In this document: positions 51,838 through 64,000 of the stretch, one piece after another
How positions within the stretch are numbered: position 1 is the stretch's first letter
Layout: the number at the start of each line of letters is the position of its first letter
Notes under the pieces: generated by a model
Told to the model about the DNA's origin: nothing
Databases searched by the model: none
Seen by the model: the letters and a program-made list of their open reading frames with translations, nothing else
Source: Octopus vulgaris
Lineage: Eukaryota
Reading direction: 5' to 3'
DNA: 64,000 nucleotides
Assembly: GCA_951406725.2 (NCBI GenBank)
Contig: OX597826.1
Span: 63,178,001-63,242,000, forward strand
Position numbers and translations under genes: made by a program

Positions 51838-52186
51838 AGTTGAAAGAGAAAGACTGCTTATGTATATACTGCCCATGGGCATATGGCGTAGTGGTTAAGA
51901 GCGCCGACTACTAACCCCAAGATTCCGAGTTCGATTCCAAGCAGTGACCTGAACACTAATAATAATGATAATAATAATAATGATGATAATAATAATCATA
52001 ATAATAATAATAATAATAATAATAATTATAATAATATCAAAAAATACCTTAGGAATGAGAACCCAGGTTCGAAATTTCCGCAAGACACCTGAAGAAGGCT
52101 GGAGGGTCTATCAGCCGCAATGTTGTGTTAACAACAAACAAGATGAGGACAAATATCCGTCGAATGTAAATAATGTAAATAATGTA
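51658..52186 (+). mobile_element. tRNA-headed SINE-like element with Penelope-type hammerhead and inverted terminal copy
   Basis: A box 51884-51894, B box 51927-51938, (AAT)n, hammerhead 52085-52128, 3' end 52149-52186 inverted at 51749-51787, TSD-like TAAAATCTT(T/A)TATG 51644-51657/52187-52200. Confidence 0.8.
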
Positions 52187-52389
52187 TAAAATCTTATATG
52201 AACCGTCAAGGGTCATATGGACTCGCAAGGATTATATGAACCCCGAGGGTCATATGGACACTGGTTGAAGACCCACTAAATAATACTGTAATGCCCCCAC
52301 AGCCTTGCAGCCTAGAAATGACATCTGCTCCTCAATATCGCCCCACCACCATCTCCGCCATCGCCCCCAACAATAACCAGGAGATCTCA

Positions 52390-52870
52390 GGTTGGAAACC
52401 ACCAATATCACTTGTCATCAATACCACGAACCACTAACATCACCACCAACACTAATACCATCACAACCAACACCACCACCATTAACACAGCAACCACTAC
52501 TAACACCGTCGCAACCACTAACACCGCCATCACCGTTAACACAACTTCTACCACTAACACCACCACCATCACCACCATCAAACCCCACCACCACTAACAC
52601 CACAACCATTAGCACTACCAAGACTACCCCCGCCAACGCCACTAAGACCACCACCACAACTAACACCAACCCCATTAACACCAACACCACTACCACCATT
52701 AATACCACAACTTGTAACACCGCCAATACTACCACCATTAACACCACCACTTGCAGTACCACCACTACCCATGATACTACCACCACTAACACCACCAACG
52801 CTAACACCACCAACGCTAACGCCACCAACGCTAACACCACCATCGCTAACAACACTAACATCTTTACTTC
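52390..52870. repeat. Degenerate (CAC/CAA/TAA) trinucleotide array
   Basis: Direct reading; Thr/Pro/Val-rich ORFs in several frames on both strands. Confidence 0.85.
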
Positions 52871-53169
52871 TACCATCCCTATCGACAAAACGACCCAATG
52901 GAGAGTTTCTACGTGATACTCTACCAGCCAAAATGCATCCAAAATTCCCTTAAAAAGCTATCTTAATAAAAAAGGAGAGGATATTTTAGATAATGCAGAC
53001 TATGGCATAACAGTAAAACGATGAGATGTTCGTAGCTGTAACGCCTTTCTTCATAGATCAGTTGGAACGGGTCGAATTAGAAATAGACAACGCCGAACAT
53101 AAACACTAATACGAACATCAAAAAAAAGCATAGTAAAACGAGTTCAATCAGGAAATAGAATTAAGATTC

Positions 53170-53385
53170 TCAACATTCAACACTACCACAATCACCGGCA
53201 TATATACGTAAACAGTATAACATTCAATAATACCACAGTCACCGGCATAGACACTGCAGTACATACGTTTAAAAACACCACAATCACCAATGTAGACACT
53301 ACAGTACAATACATTCAACAACACCACAGTCACCAACAAACCACTGCAGAACATACATTTAGCATCGTAAATACTGCAATACATA
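53170..53385. repeat. Degenerate ~45-50-bp minisatellite, about 4 units
   Basis: Recurrent ACATTCAA..A.ACCACA(A/G)TCACC...ACTGCAGTACAT. Confidence 0.75.
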
Positions 53386-53814
53386 ATTAATTTCTCAAAA
53401 TTATTTTGCAACCATAGCGGTGGGATGCGGAATCTAATCTTTGCAAGAAAGGAACATCTATGAATACGCTTTGGTCTTATTCAGCAAGGTATTGCTTATT
53501 TTTCTGGAATTGGTTAGTAATTTTATGAATTTGCAGCAATTAAGTCAGTAATGTGGAACTGAATAAAAGGCACGTTCTGTAATTATTTCAGGAATACGAC
53601 AGGTTATTTTCCCTTATTTCTGCGTCACTTTCTATACATAGTGAGGAGTTGGATGACTTTTCTATAGGACCAGAGCATACACAGTGGCGTAGCGTATGCA
53701 TTTGCTCAGGTACACAATTTCAAAATAAAGTAGTAATAAAAATAATTTCTGATTTATGCACAAAGTTAAAAATTTTTAAGGGGAGGCGGTTAATTGATAC
53801 CATCTTTTTTTTTG

Positions 53815-54111
53815 TTTTGTTTTCCTTCTCGAGCCATGCCTGGCTCATAAGGGCCGGTTTCCCGGTTTCTTTGGCGTATAGGTTCCCCACCCGGACGGAA
53901 CGCCGGTCCGTCGCAGGTGAGCTGCAAAATGCAGGAGGAAAGAGTGAGAGAAAGTTGTGGCGAAAGGGTCAGCAGAAGTTCGCCATTACCTTCTGCCGGA
54001 GCCTCGTCGGAGCTTAGGTGTTTCGCTCATAAACACATACATCGCCCGGTCTGAAATTCGGACCTGCGACCGTGAGTCCGCTGTTCTAACCACTAGGTCA
54101 TATGCCTCCAC
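53815..54111 (-). mobile_element. SINE family C, tail type 2
   Basis: Homologous along its length to 10283-10557. Confidence 0.9.
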
Positions 54112-54139
54112 ACCATCAATCCTAATATCCAAATAATAC

Positions 54140-54428
54140 ACTATTTCCTCGACCCCCGAACGATGAAAAGCAAAGCAGACAACGGTGATATTTGAACGTA
54201 AAGAGCCAGAAGTAATACTGCAAAATATTTCTTCCGACATTCTATTGCTTCAGCCAGCTCGTCACCTTATAAAGTAATAATAAAGATCTCAAATTTTGGC
54301 TCAAGGGCCCCGAAATGATGAAAGGCAAAGTTGTCCTCGGCCAAATTTGAACTCAGAACGTAAAGACGAACAAAATGCAGCAAAGAATTTTTGTCCGGCA
54401 AGCTAACGATTCTGCCAGCTCGCCACCT
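54140..54428 (-). mobile_element. Two partial old SINE B copies
   Basis: gatgaaaagcaaag..tttgaac and gatgaaaggcaaag..tttgaactcagaacg; each ends ccagctcg.cacc. Confidence 0.7.
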
Positions 54429-54963
54429 TTAAAAAGCAGTAATAATCCAAATGATGCACCCTCTCCGCAACCCACACTACTACCCTATTGAATACACACT
54501 GTTTCTATTTTACCAGAATTAAGTCTTTTCCTGTAAATTTGAACTCGCGACCGTTACGTGACGTCACACTTCGAAGGAGGTTATTTTCTTTAAATCAAAG
54601 GGCAAAATGTTAATTACTAAAGACTTGTTGAAGAAAAGAAACATCGAAGCCCGTCAGTTCTCAAGATAAGACTGAAAATGTCATTAATGTTGAAGATATA
54701 TGTTGTTATCAGTACAACAGCTGGTTAGAAATGTCCTTAAGCTATTGCTTTCTCATACGAACGACATGACATTACTGCTAAAACAATATACGAAGAACCG
54801 TGTATCTGCATATGTATGCGCAAGCCTGAGCAAACTGTTTTCTTTTTGTGTGGTAAGGAGACCGGTAGTTGCCCATGCATCCAAGTTTTACGTCTCTACA
54901 CCACCGATGGTTATCCGAGGGAAGATCCACCGACTTTGGTAGAAACAGCTTAACACTAGTACC

Positions 54964-55193
54964 TATTTCTTTACTGCCCACAAAGGGCTAAACACAGAGG
55001 TCACACAAACAAGGTCACACAAACGGATTAAGTCGATTACATTGAACCCAGTGCGTAACTGGTACTTATTTAATCGACCCCGAAAGGATGAAAGGCAAAG
55101 TCGACCGCGGCGGAATTTGAACTCAGAACGTAGCGACAGACGAAATACAACTAAGCATTTCGTCCGGCGTGCTAATGTTTCTGCCAGCTCGCC
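54964..55193 (-). mobile_element. SINE family B monomer, 16-bp TSD
   Basis: TSD GCTTAACACTAGTACC 54948-54963/55194-55209. Confidence 0.95.
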
Positions 55194-56089
55194 GCTTAAC
55201 ACTAGTACCGTTGCAGCCGTTGCTGTCAGGATGCAAAGATCTGGAACAGATACTGCAGGGTATCTCTCACCTGATCCCGAAAATGTTCCGCCAACCCACC
55301 GCTCTGGCTTGATACACTTTTATAGCCACCGAGAGGATAAAAGATAAAGTTGATCTCGGCGAGATTTGAACTCAGTTTGCAGAGAGTCAGAACAAATACC
55401 GTGAGGTATTTTATTCAACACTCTTAACGACTTTGCTGATTCGTGGCCTTCTATAGGAAAAGCTGCCTTTTGAAGACCAAAGGCCAAGAGGAAAATTATT
55501 GGTGGAAGATTCTCATTAAAATTTCCACTAAATGCAAGCAATACACTAAATGCCAGCATTTGTAGTTGTTGAAGATTAAAAATTGTGAAAAATGTGTGGC
55601 AGTCAGCTGCCCAGTGCTTTGGGCCATTTCTTTAAAAATTAGTGAAAAGAACATTTATGAGCAACAGGTACGAATCTTGCAGCTTTTCCACCTGAACTAT
55701 AAATATACATGTGTACAGCCATAAGCAGCTCGAATCACAGCCATAAGCAGCTCGAATCATGTTATATATTTATATGTACGTAAATACTAACTATTTTGGT
55801 ATTAGTCTTTAAAAAAGCTGGGGTGTTCAGATTCGGAAAGAAATCATCTAACTCGAATTGCAAAGACCCATTCTGTAAGTGGAACAGTGAAAATATGCAA
55901 ACTTTACTAAAATCAAAGATTCAAATCTTAAGATTTAAAGAATGATGGTGAAAACAAGATACTTTCCTTCACAAACTTGCTACTAAGTAGGTCACCGGCC
56001 AAACCTTACTTTCAATTAAAAAGAGAAAGAGAACATACATACATACATGATTGCTTCTTGAGAGACGATAGCCGTCCCATCAACACACA

Positions 56090-57385
56090 CACCACACCCC
56101 ATCGCACAGTACAATCACTCTATTGATGAGCCCTTAGATGATTCTTAAGACTAGTTGCTGACCGAAAGGGTTTAAAACACAAGTGACATATTATTTAGGT
56201 TTCTTCTATATCTTTGCCCTTAGGAATTTGATTCTGAAGGAATGCTTTTTGTGAACTAGCATATGTCTTTTAAGTCCAGATATTGTCTTACAAGTTTTTT
56301 GACATATGACACAACTTGTAAGAGGTGGTTGGTGTCCAAGATCATTAGATATCTGGGCATTACGATTTTCATGTGACTTCATACGGTTCACGCATCCTGC
56401 TTTTCACAACAGAACACGATCACATATAATACATAGCCAATGTTCACTGTTGATTACAGTTCTCATTGTCCCTTTACGACAAGTCCATTTAAGTTCAGAG
56501 AGCTGAATCATCTTTTCCTCCCGGGCATTACAACCAGTCCTAGCAGCACCTCTCCACTTGTTCCGATCTAGCGTATCATTTTCCCAATCACTTTTGTTCA
56601 TATCTAGTTTCTTCAGGTTTCCCTTCACACAGTCTTCATACTTTTTCTTCGGCTTACGTTGTGGTCGCTTACCAGAGTTGAGCTCACCATAGAAAAAGAC
56701 GCTTTGGCAAACGCCCGTCTTTCATTCTAATAACACGTTCAGTCCATCTCATTTGAGCCAAGATAACATGTTGTTCAACTGAACTGCAACGTGACGTGCG
56801 CAAGACCTCTGCATCTGGAATGAAACATTCCCACTTAACTCCTAAGATACGTCTGAGGCACTTTTGATGAAATCTCTCCAGCATTTTTGTGTGACGCTTG
56901 TAAGTGGTCCATGTCTCACTTGAATAAAGAAGTGCAGACAATACACACGCTTTATAGACACTGATTTTTGTCTGCAGGGAAATACTTCTATCCGCCCATA
57001 CTCGCTTTTCGAGCTTTCCAAATGCAACACTTCTATTCCCTATTTGATAGTATATCTCTGCATCAAGGTTACTATCTCTTGACAGTGTGCTTCCTAGGTA
57101 AACAAAGATGTCAACGACTTCTAACCTTGTTCCATTCACAAAAATGTTTAGTTCAGAATATGTTTGTCCTGGCACGGGAGTAAACATTACTTTGGTTTTC
57201 TCCAAACTGAATCCGAAATGTACGCATGCAGTGGATAATCTGACCATTAAATGTTGCATATCCCCGTCTCAGTGTGCCAACAAATCGGCATCATCAGCAT
57301 AATGTAATTCTCTAACAAGTATTTCGAAAGTCTTTGCTTTGCAGTTAAACCGGGTCAAATTAAGAATACGACCAGATGTCTACTA
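56090..57385 (-). mobile_element. Degraded RTE-clade LINE with two C-terminal C2H2 zinc fingers
   Basis: ELHYADD, FVYLGSTLS, LLYSSETWT, RLPKRLF; CIICDRVLL...KSH and CVICQKTCKTISGLKRHMLVH. Confidence 0.9.
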
Positions 57386-57865
57386 GAAAGATGTTGTGGC
57401 AAGATCTCAAGATCACCCACTCCCAGTGGTTTTACTGCTTGCTCTGACACCAACCAAGGGCATTTCTGCGTCCCCGTATTCTCACATGGATTGTTATTAC
57501 ATATGCTAGTTAACCCACATCTGGGAACAATAGTGGATAAGAAGTAGTTTCGCACTCCCCACAACTCTGGTACTCCTGATTCAGAGGTCCACTACTGACG
57601 CAATTCAAAGACATACCCAGGACATACATACATACATACATACATACATACATACATACATACAGGGTTATACCTGTAATTATTGAGGCACTGAGATATG
57701 TAAATACAATCTTGAGAAATTTGGCTTCCCAAAGTCTGAAAGAAGGAAGCTGATTCGAAGACTACAGATTCAAACCATCACAGGAACTGTAACATTCTGT
57801 AAAACTTTCCAGAAGTTTGTCATTTAAGTATATATGAGCATATCCACATATGCAAGTATTTTTAA

Positions 57866-58187
57866 AGACTCCGCCGGTTACGACGACGAGGGTCCCAGCT
57901 GATACGATCAACGGAACAGCTTGCTCGTGAAATTAACGTGCAAATGGCTGAGCATTCCACGGACACGTGTACCCTTAACGTAGTTCTCGGGGATAATCAG
58001 CGTGACACAGAGAGTGACAAGGCTGACCCTTTGAAATACAAGTACAACTCATTTTTGCCAGCTGAGTGGACTGGAGCAACGTGAAATAAAGTGTCTTGCT
58101 CAAGGACACAACGCGTCGCCGGGAATCGAACTCACAACCTTACGATCATGAGCCGAATGCCCTAACCACTAAGCCACGCGCCCTCAC
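57866..58187 (-). mobile_element. SINE with family D head/core and family C type-1 tail
   Basis: Head/core like 4150-4303; tail like 32762-32945. Confidence 0.9.
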
Positions 58188-58357
58188 TATGCAAGTATAT
58201 GCATGAGAATACATACATAAAACAAAATATGCAAATCTGCACATATACATACATACATACATACATATATACATGCATACATACATACATACATACATAT
58301 ATACATACATACATACATACATACATACATACATACATACATACATACATACATACA

Positions 58358-58465
58358 AAAATACCCTGTTGATGTTGTTGAAATTTCAATGAAGGAGCCT
58401 AGGATCTCGATTAGAAACCTACTTTTTCTCTATTGGCAAGAAATCTCGAAATAAAACTGAATAAC
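58358..58465 (+). repeat. Short interspersed fragment inside (CATA)n, related to 59715-59758
   Basis: Shared AATT(T/C)CAATGAA...TTTCTCT(A/G)TTGGCAAGAA. Confidence 0.5.
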
Positions 58466-58598
58466 ATACATACATACATACATACATACGTACGTACATA
58501 CATACATACATACATACATACATACATACATACATACATACGTACATACATACATACATACATACATACATACATACATACATACATACATACATACA

Positions 58599-58629
<31 letters not shown>

Positions 58630-59192
58630 GCACAGCAAATGGAACTCACTTGCCCACCAAATGTAAACAACGTTATATATTAGCAAAAAGGAGAACATAT
58701 ATGCTGAACTAATAAATAATCTGTAGCAACTGCATGAGGACCGTTGCGCTAGGTTTATATTTGAAATTATTGAAGCACTTGGAGATTTAACAAACTTCCT
58801 TAGCACCATTCTTGAGAAGCTGGGCTTCACAAGACCAGAAAACAACACGGCTATCAAGGAAATTACTGATACGAGACAGTAAAGGTATTGTGAAAATATG
58901 TAAAGCACACCAGCGGTCTATAATTTAGTAAGTGCCTACGCAAACGTGATGACATGCAAATGGATGTATTTGCGTGCGCGCGCAGTTACAGGAATAAAAA
59001 CATCCATGCTAATACATATGCATGCTTGTGAACTTACATAGGTATGTGCATATATGTCTATAAGCATTCATGCAAGCATACACGCACGCAATCACAAATA
59101 CACACACATATATATATATATATGTATGTATGTATAGATACATAGATACATACATAGATACATATATATATGAATGCGCACGCAACTTGTAA

Positions 59193-59304
<112 letters not shown>

Positions 59305-59469
59305 ATATATATGCATAGTTTCTAATTTATATATCCATAAACCACAAGAGCTGTCTTGACTTAAAAGAGCCTTTTCACTATTTATCAACCGGCTTGAAGT
59401 TTGCAATGGAAAAGAAGAAAAAAAAGTTAAATAATCCAAAGGAATATAAAATATATTCATGAAAGAACC

Positions 59470-59592
<123 letters not shown>

Positions 59593-59609
59593 TATTTATG
59601 TATGTATGT

Positions 59610-59760
59610 ATGTATTTCAATATTTCCTGGCTGAAAACCGGCTCTTTTTTCGATTGAAGAGAAATTCGCGGAATGAAACCGGTAGAACCATACATCATTT
59701 ACTAATTGATGTTGAATAAATTCCAATGAACCGGCTCTCTTTCTCTGTTGGCAAGAATTA
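59610..59760 (+). mobile_element. Penelope-like fragment with degenerate hammerhead (59648-59687)
   Basis: TTC-ga-TTGAAGA-gaa-ATTC-gcg-GAAT-GAAA-CCGG-TA-GAA. Confidence 0.45.
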
Positions 59761-60094
59761 TATATAAACATGCAAACATGACTCATATTATTCATACCAT
59801 TCAATCCTTCCTTCTGCGCTTCACCTTGTTCAGCCCTTACGTCCCAACTGTTTCCCCAACTGAAATGTATTCATATCTGTTTTCTTTATTATTATTAAAC
59901 CATTGTTTTTTTTTTCTTTTCTTTTTTTTTTGTTTTTTTTTGTTTTTGTTTTTTTTTGTTCATGCAGGTTCTTCTCTTCACATCGTTTTTGTGAAAACCT
60001 CTACCGTTTATATAAAGGGTCTTTACAATGGTGACCTATTAACCACCTTTTCTGACAAATAAATAAAACGATTGCTATAATAATAATTATGTTT

Positions 60095-60131
60095 TTATCA
60101 TCATCATCATCATCATCATCATTAGCAGCAA

Positions 60132-60213
<82 letters not shown>

Positions 60214-60254
60214 GGTGGTGGTGGTGGTGGTGGTGGTGATGGTAGTAGTAGTAG

Positions 60255-60349
<95 letters not shown>

Positions 60350-60360
60350 ACAGCAGCAGT
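60095..60360. repeat. Compound trinucleotide microsatellite (ATC, CAG, TAG, TGG, TTG)
   Basis: Direct reading. Confidence 0.95.
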
Positions 60361-60737
60361 AGCTGTCAGTAAGATCCCAAATATACGTAACCTTAGGACA
60401 GAAAAGGACTGGGGGTGGGGGGAGCGCCCTGTTCGCGACTGACCGACAATTCCGCAGAGAATTTTTGCACTTTTTTTTTTTGTGTTTTGACATCTGAACG
60501 TACAAAAAAGATAAAATACTGTACCGTATTTTTTACCGATCGTTACGTTCTGGGTTCAAATCTTACCGTCGTCAAAGTTTTCCTTTCAAACTTCCGAGGT
60601 CCACGAAATAAAGTACAAACCGAGTTATAGGGTTGATAGTAACTACTAATCGCCTGTCTTACCCCCCTTAAAATTGTTGGAGGCTTCGTACCTAAATCAG
60701 AAACAATTTAAATGAATCTTTCATATTCAAACATACC

Positions 60738-60906
60738 TATTTCTTTACTACATCGACCCCAGTGCGTAACTGGTACTTAATTTATCGACCCCGAAAGGAT
60801 GAAAGGCAAAGTCGACCTCGGCGGAATTTGAACTCAGAACGTAGCGGCAGACGAAATACTGCTAAGCATTTCGCCCGGCGTGCTAACGATTCTGCGAGCT
60901 CGCCAC
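60738..60906 (-). mobile_element. SINE family B, internally deleted, 10-bp TSD
   Basis: TSD CAAACATACC 60728-60737/60907-60916. Confidence 0.92.
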
Positions 60907-61977
60907 CAAACATACCAACCACGCGAACAATCCTCTCCCGATGGATCTCTTCTCACTTGGTTTCACGCATCGCGAAAGCTAATTATTAGTATGTTCTTAG
61001 TTTCTTTTGTTGTTTTACATGAATTGTTGGTGTTTTTCTTTTGTTTGAGTTGAGTTTTTTTGTTTGTTTTTTTTTTTTTGTTTTGAATGGTTGGGGGATT
61101 TCTCATTTTTGTCTTTGTTTTATTAGAACAGATTTTATCAATAATCTACTGATATTTGTCTTTTGGTTTGTTTGTTGTTTTTTTTGTTTTCTTTTTAGAA
61201 ACATTTTCTAAAAATAAATATGGCCTTTTGGTCGGCACATATAATTCTATTATTGCTATTGCTTTCAGGCAGAGGTTGTGCCCATTCTGGGGCACCGCCG
61301 TATCATTTCAAAATCCAATCATAACTCCCATATCTTATTCTTTTAGTGTGTTCTGTCCTATCTGAATTTATACAACACTGAGTGAATTCCTTCCTTTCTA
61401 TCAACCCGTATTTATTTCACAAAGTTATTACAAGAATCAATCACAGAATCGCCATCGTGCATTTTTATCAATCATTCTCAGGAATCCTATTAGACCCAGA
61501 CTACCAAGTAATTCACTTCAGCTACCCTTGCATGACTGCACAAGAGGAAAACTTTCACAATGTAACACCCAGTTTTCTAAATCTCTTTCATCTTCTTAAT
61601 TCTACTTTTTTTTTCTTTATGTGCGATGGAAACGAAACAAGTTCTTTTGAAATCCAAACGGTTTTTGTTGCTTTATTATTATTATTAATTTTTTTTTTTT
61701 TTCAATCATGCGGTTTAGTAGATCACACTGTTAAGTTTTATCTTTATACCGCATAAACTTTAGTACTTTCCACGTAGTTTTGTTTTCAGTTTCTATTAAA
61801 TTTCCTTTCGTATCATATTTATTATTGCTCTCACCCCCCCCCCACACACACACACAAACCCCATTCATTATAATTTCTCCATCAGCGAATATTCTCCACC
61901 CTTCCAACACTGGTCGTTGCTTTCTAGTTTCTTCTTCCAAACACACACATCCAGTACCATACAATACGTCAGTTCAC

Positions 61978-61996
61978 ATTGTGTTGATAGTCCATT

Positions 61997-62044
<48 letters not shown>

Positions 62045-62058
62045 GTTGATTGTCCATT

Positions 62059-62102
<44 letters not shown>
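61978..62102. repeat. Tandem duplication of ATTGTGTTGAT(A/T)GTCCATTTGCA-(TA)n
   Basis: Two units at 61978 and 62040. Confidence 0.9.
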
Positions 62103-62107
<5 letters not shown>

Positions 62108-62487
62108 ATATATAAACGGCAGTTTGTCTGTGCGTGTTTCTGTGTGTCTGTTTTCTCGTACCCTCACCCTGACCACGGCTTTCAACCGATTCTGATGAAA
62201 CTTGACACACACATAGCCCAATGTCATAATTCAAAACTAACGCAGCGAAAATTTTGAAAAGTTCCCCCAGTTCTGAAAAACAATCGATAAATTCGACATG
62301 GGGTCGAGAATCAAAAAAAACAAACCACAGACTGTCTAGGGGACGCAACTCGACCTTTTTTTACTCTCAAAAAAATTTACCATAATTTTTTTTTCCATTG
62401 TTTTGCTATTTTTTGGCTATAACTCTCTAAAAATGCTTTATAGTTATTTCCCTTACAAACCCGAGCAACGCCGGGCGATACTGCTAG
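62103..62487 (+). mobile_element. Non-autonomous Helitron
   Basis: 5' A|TCTCTATATATAAA, 3' hairpin CCCGAGCAACGCCGGG then CTAG|T; inserted between A and T of (AT)n. Confidence 0.85.
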
Positions 62488-62500
62488 TATATATATATAT

Positions 62501-62672
62501 AACGTAAAATATACTAGCCATCTCAATATGGTTAACCACTAAGGTTGGATGTTACTGAAGCTTTTAGCCCCCACCCACCCTTAGTGGTTAGCCATATTGA
62601 GATGGCTAGTATACTTTACGTTGTCGAGCGGTTACTGTTTACATCTCGTTCAGAGATTTATTATTGCTTACA
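62501..62672. repeat. Inverted repeat, 44-bp arms (62501-62544/62579-62622), with extra right-arm extension
   Basis: Two mismatches in 44 bp; flanked by (TA)n on both sides. Confidence 0.9.
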
Positions 62673-63039
62673 TATATATAGTAAGTGAATTAATGTAATT
62701 TGTTATTTATATGTATACGTGTGTATGTGTGTGTGTGCGTGCGTATATGTATGTATGTTCTCGCCTGTTTTCAATTATTTGTGTCTTTGGTTTCTAACAA
62801 AGATACAAAGTTCCATTGTTGGAACGTAGATAACAAAACCAAAGTCACATTTTAAGTTTAAGAAAAATCTTGCATATTTCCACTGTTCCACTTACAGATT
62901 ATATTTGTAATGTGCGAGTTAGTTCATTGATTTATTTTCCTGAAAACCCTACCTTATCCGATTGTTACTTAGTGATTTACTCATAAAATCAAGGACACCA
63001 GTTATTATTGGAATAAACGATAAAACGATACACGTCGCC

Positions 63040-63251
63040 CTTTTTTAAGCCTAGCCAGGCTCATGGGCCCGGTTTTGTTTGTTTCTGTAGCGTATGTTTT
63101 CCCCCCAGCTGGACGGGACGCCAGTCCGTCGCAGCGTTACTCAAGAAACAGGAAGAAAGAGTGGAGAGAAAGTTGTGGCGAAAGAGTAAAACAGGGGTCG
63201 CCACCACCCCCTGTCGGAGCCTCGTGGAGCTTTTAGGTGTTTTCGCTCAAT

Positions 63252-63284
<33 letters not shown>

Positions 63285-63361
63285 GCCCGGTCTGGGAATC
63301 GAAACCGCGATCCTCCGACCGCGAGTCCGCTGCCCTAACCACAGGGCCATTGCGCCTCCAC
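63040..63361 (-). mobile_element. SINE family C, tail type 2 variant, internal (CA)n
   Basis: GGAGGCGCAATGGCCCTGTGG head; tail similar to 53815 copy. Confidence 0.9.
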
Positions 63362-63671
63362 ATTACTGGAATAAATGTGAATTCATATTCTTGGTTTGTT
63401 GAATTTTTCTTTAGAATTTTAGCTAAATATTTCTAGTTTGACCAAATTCTTCGTTTCAGTTCGAATTTCACCCGGGAGTTTTGTCAATAATTTTCACAGT
63501 GTATATTCTTCACCTTATCTATTTTTCATTCAGTCAAATATACTTATCATTAATGACAAGTTCATCTTATTCATAACTTAATACATTAAAATTCTAAATA
63601 TTTCATTATTGTTTCGATCAACGGATTTTCATTAGTTACGACGGTTTATTTTATAGGGTCGTCAAAGTGCA

Positions 63672-63890
63672 ATGAGTTGGCAGACTCGTTAGCGCTTTGC
63701 ACGAAATACTTAGTGGCATAGATTTCGGCTCTTTTGGTCCTGAGTTCAAATGACATAGAGGTCTACTTTGTCTTCCATCCTTTTCGTGGTCGATAAAATA
63801 AAATACCAATCCATACTGGAGCCAGTGTAATCTACTTGCTTACCTCCTCTCATCGAAATTGCTAGTCTAGATCCAAAATTAGAAGGAATT
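63672..63890 (+). mobile_element. SINE family B, old diverged copy
   Basis: gagttggcagactcgttagc...ctgagttcaaat...ttccatccttttcgtggtcgataaaat. Confidence 0.7.
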
Positions 63891-64000
63891 TTACAGGTTA
63901 GTCACAGAAGAATAGGGAACCCATGTGACATATTTGTAGGTTCTTTGAGAATGTATAAAGGATAGAAACTATGTATCAATCCTGATCTAAGTGCTGCTAG

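Noticed and set aside
52392-52953. Thr/Pro-rich mucin-like ORFs
   Set aside because: Degenerate trinucleotide repeat open in several frames on both strands; no splice or signal support.
55716-55760. Short tandem duplications (also ~22305-22345, ~26393-26441, ~36488-36540)
   Set aside because: Ordinary slippage duplications with no further structure.

Overview
Repeat-saturated, AT-rich animal DNA; the SINE families and microsatellite load suggest Octopus (inference). It holds one credible host gene, on the minus strand: a ~987-aa type-I membrane mucin with a signal-peptide exon at 33209-33257 spliced in phase 1 to a large exon at 28761-31675 (Ser/Thr stalk, Cys-containing SEA-like domain, TM helix, NPxY tail). 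Its probable first exon ends at a donor at 37271 and lies just downstream of a cluster of AGGTCA sites. The rest is microsatellites, four tRNA-derived SINE groups (labelled A-D here), LINE fragments (a young CR1/L2-group RT, several RTEs, an R4-like piece), Tc1 and pogo/Tigger relics, a mariner MITE, non-autonomous Helitron/Helentron elements, a tRNA-Lys retrocopy and a U6 fragment. Almost all ORFs in the track are microsatellite artefacts. Most notable are: (1) a tRNA-headed SINE carrying a Penelope-type minimal hammerhead ribozyme and a Penelope-style inverted terminus (51658-52186), plus other hammerhead-bearing pLTR-like fragments; (2) a tRNA-Lys/LINE-tail chimera that looks like a nascent SINE; (3) covarying 3' stem-loops linking SINE A to the CR1/L2-like LINE; (4) a GGTA target preference of SINE B that explains its self-nesting. 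Coordinates were read by eye, and boundaries of degenerate repeats are approximate.
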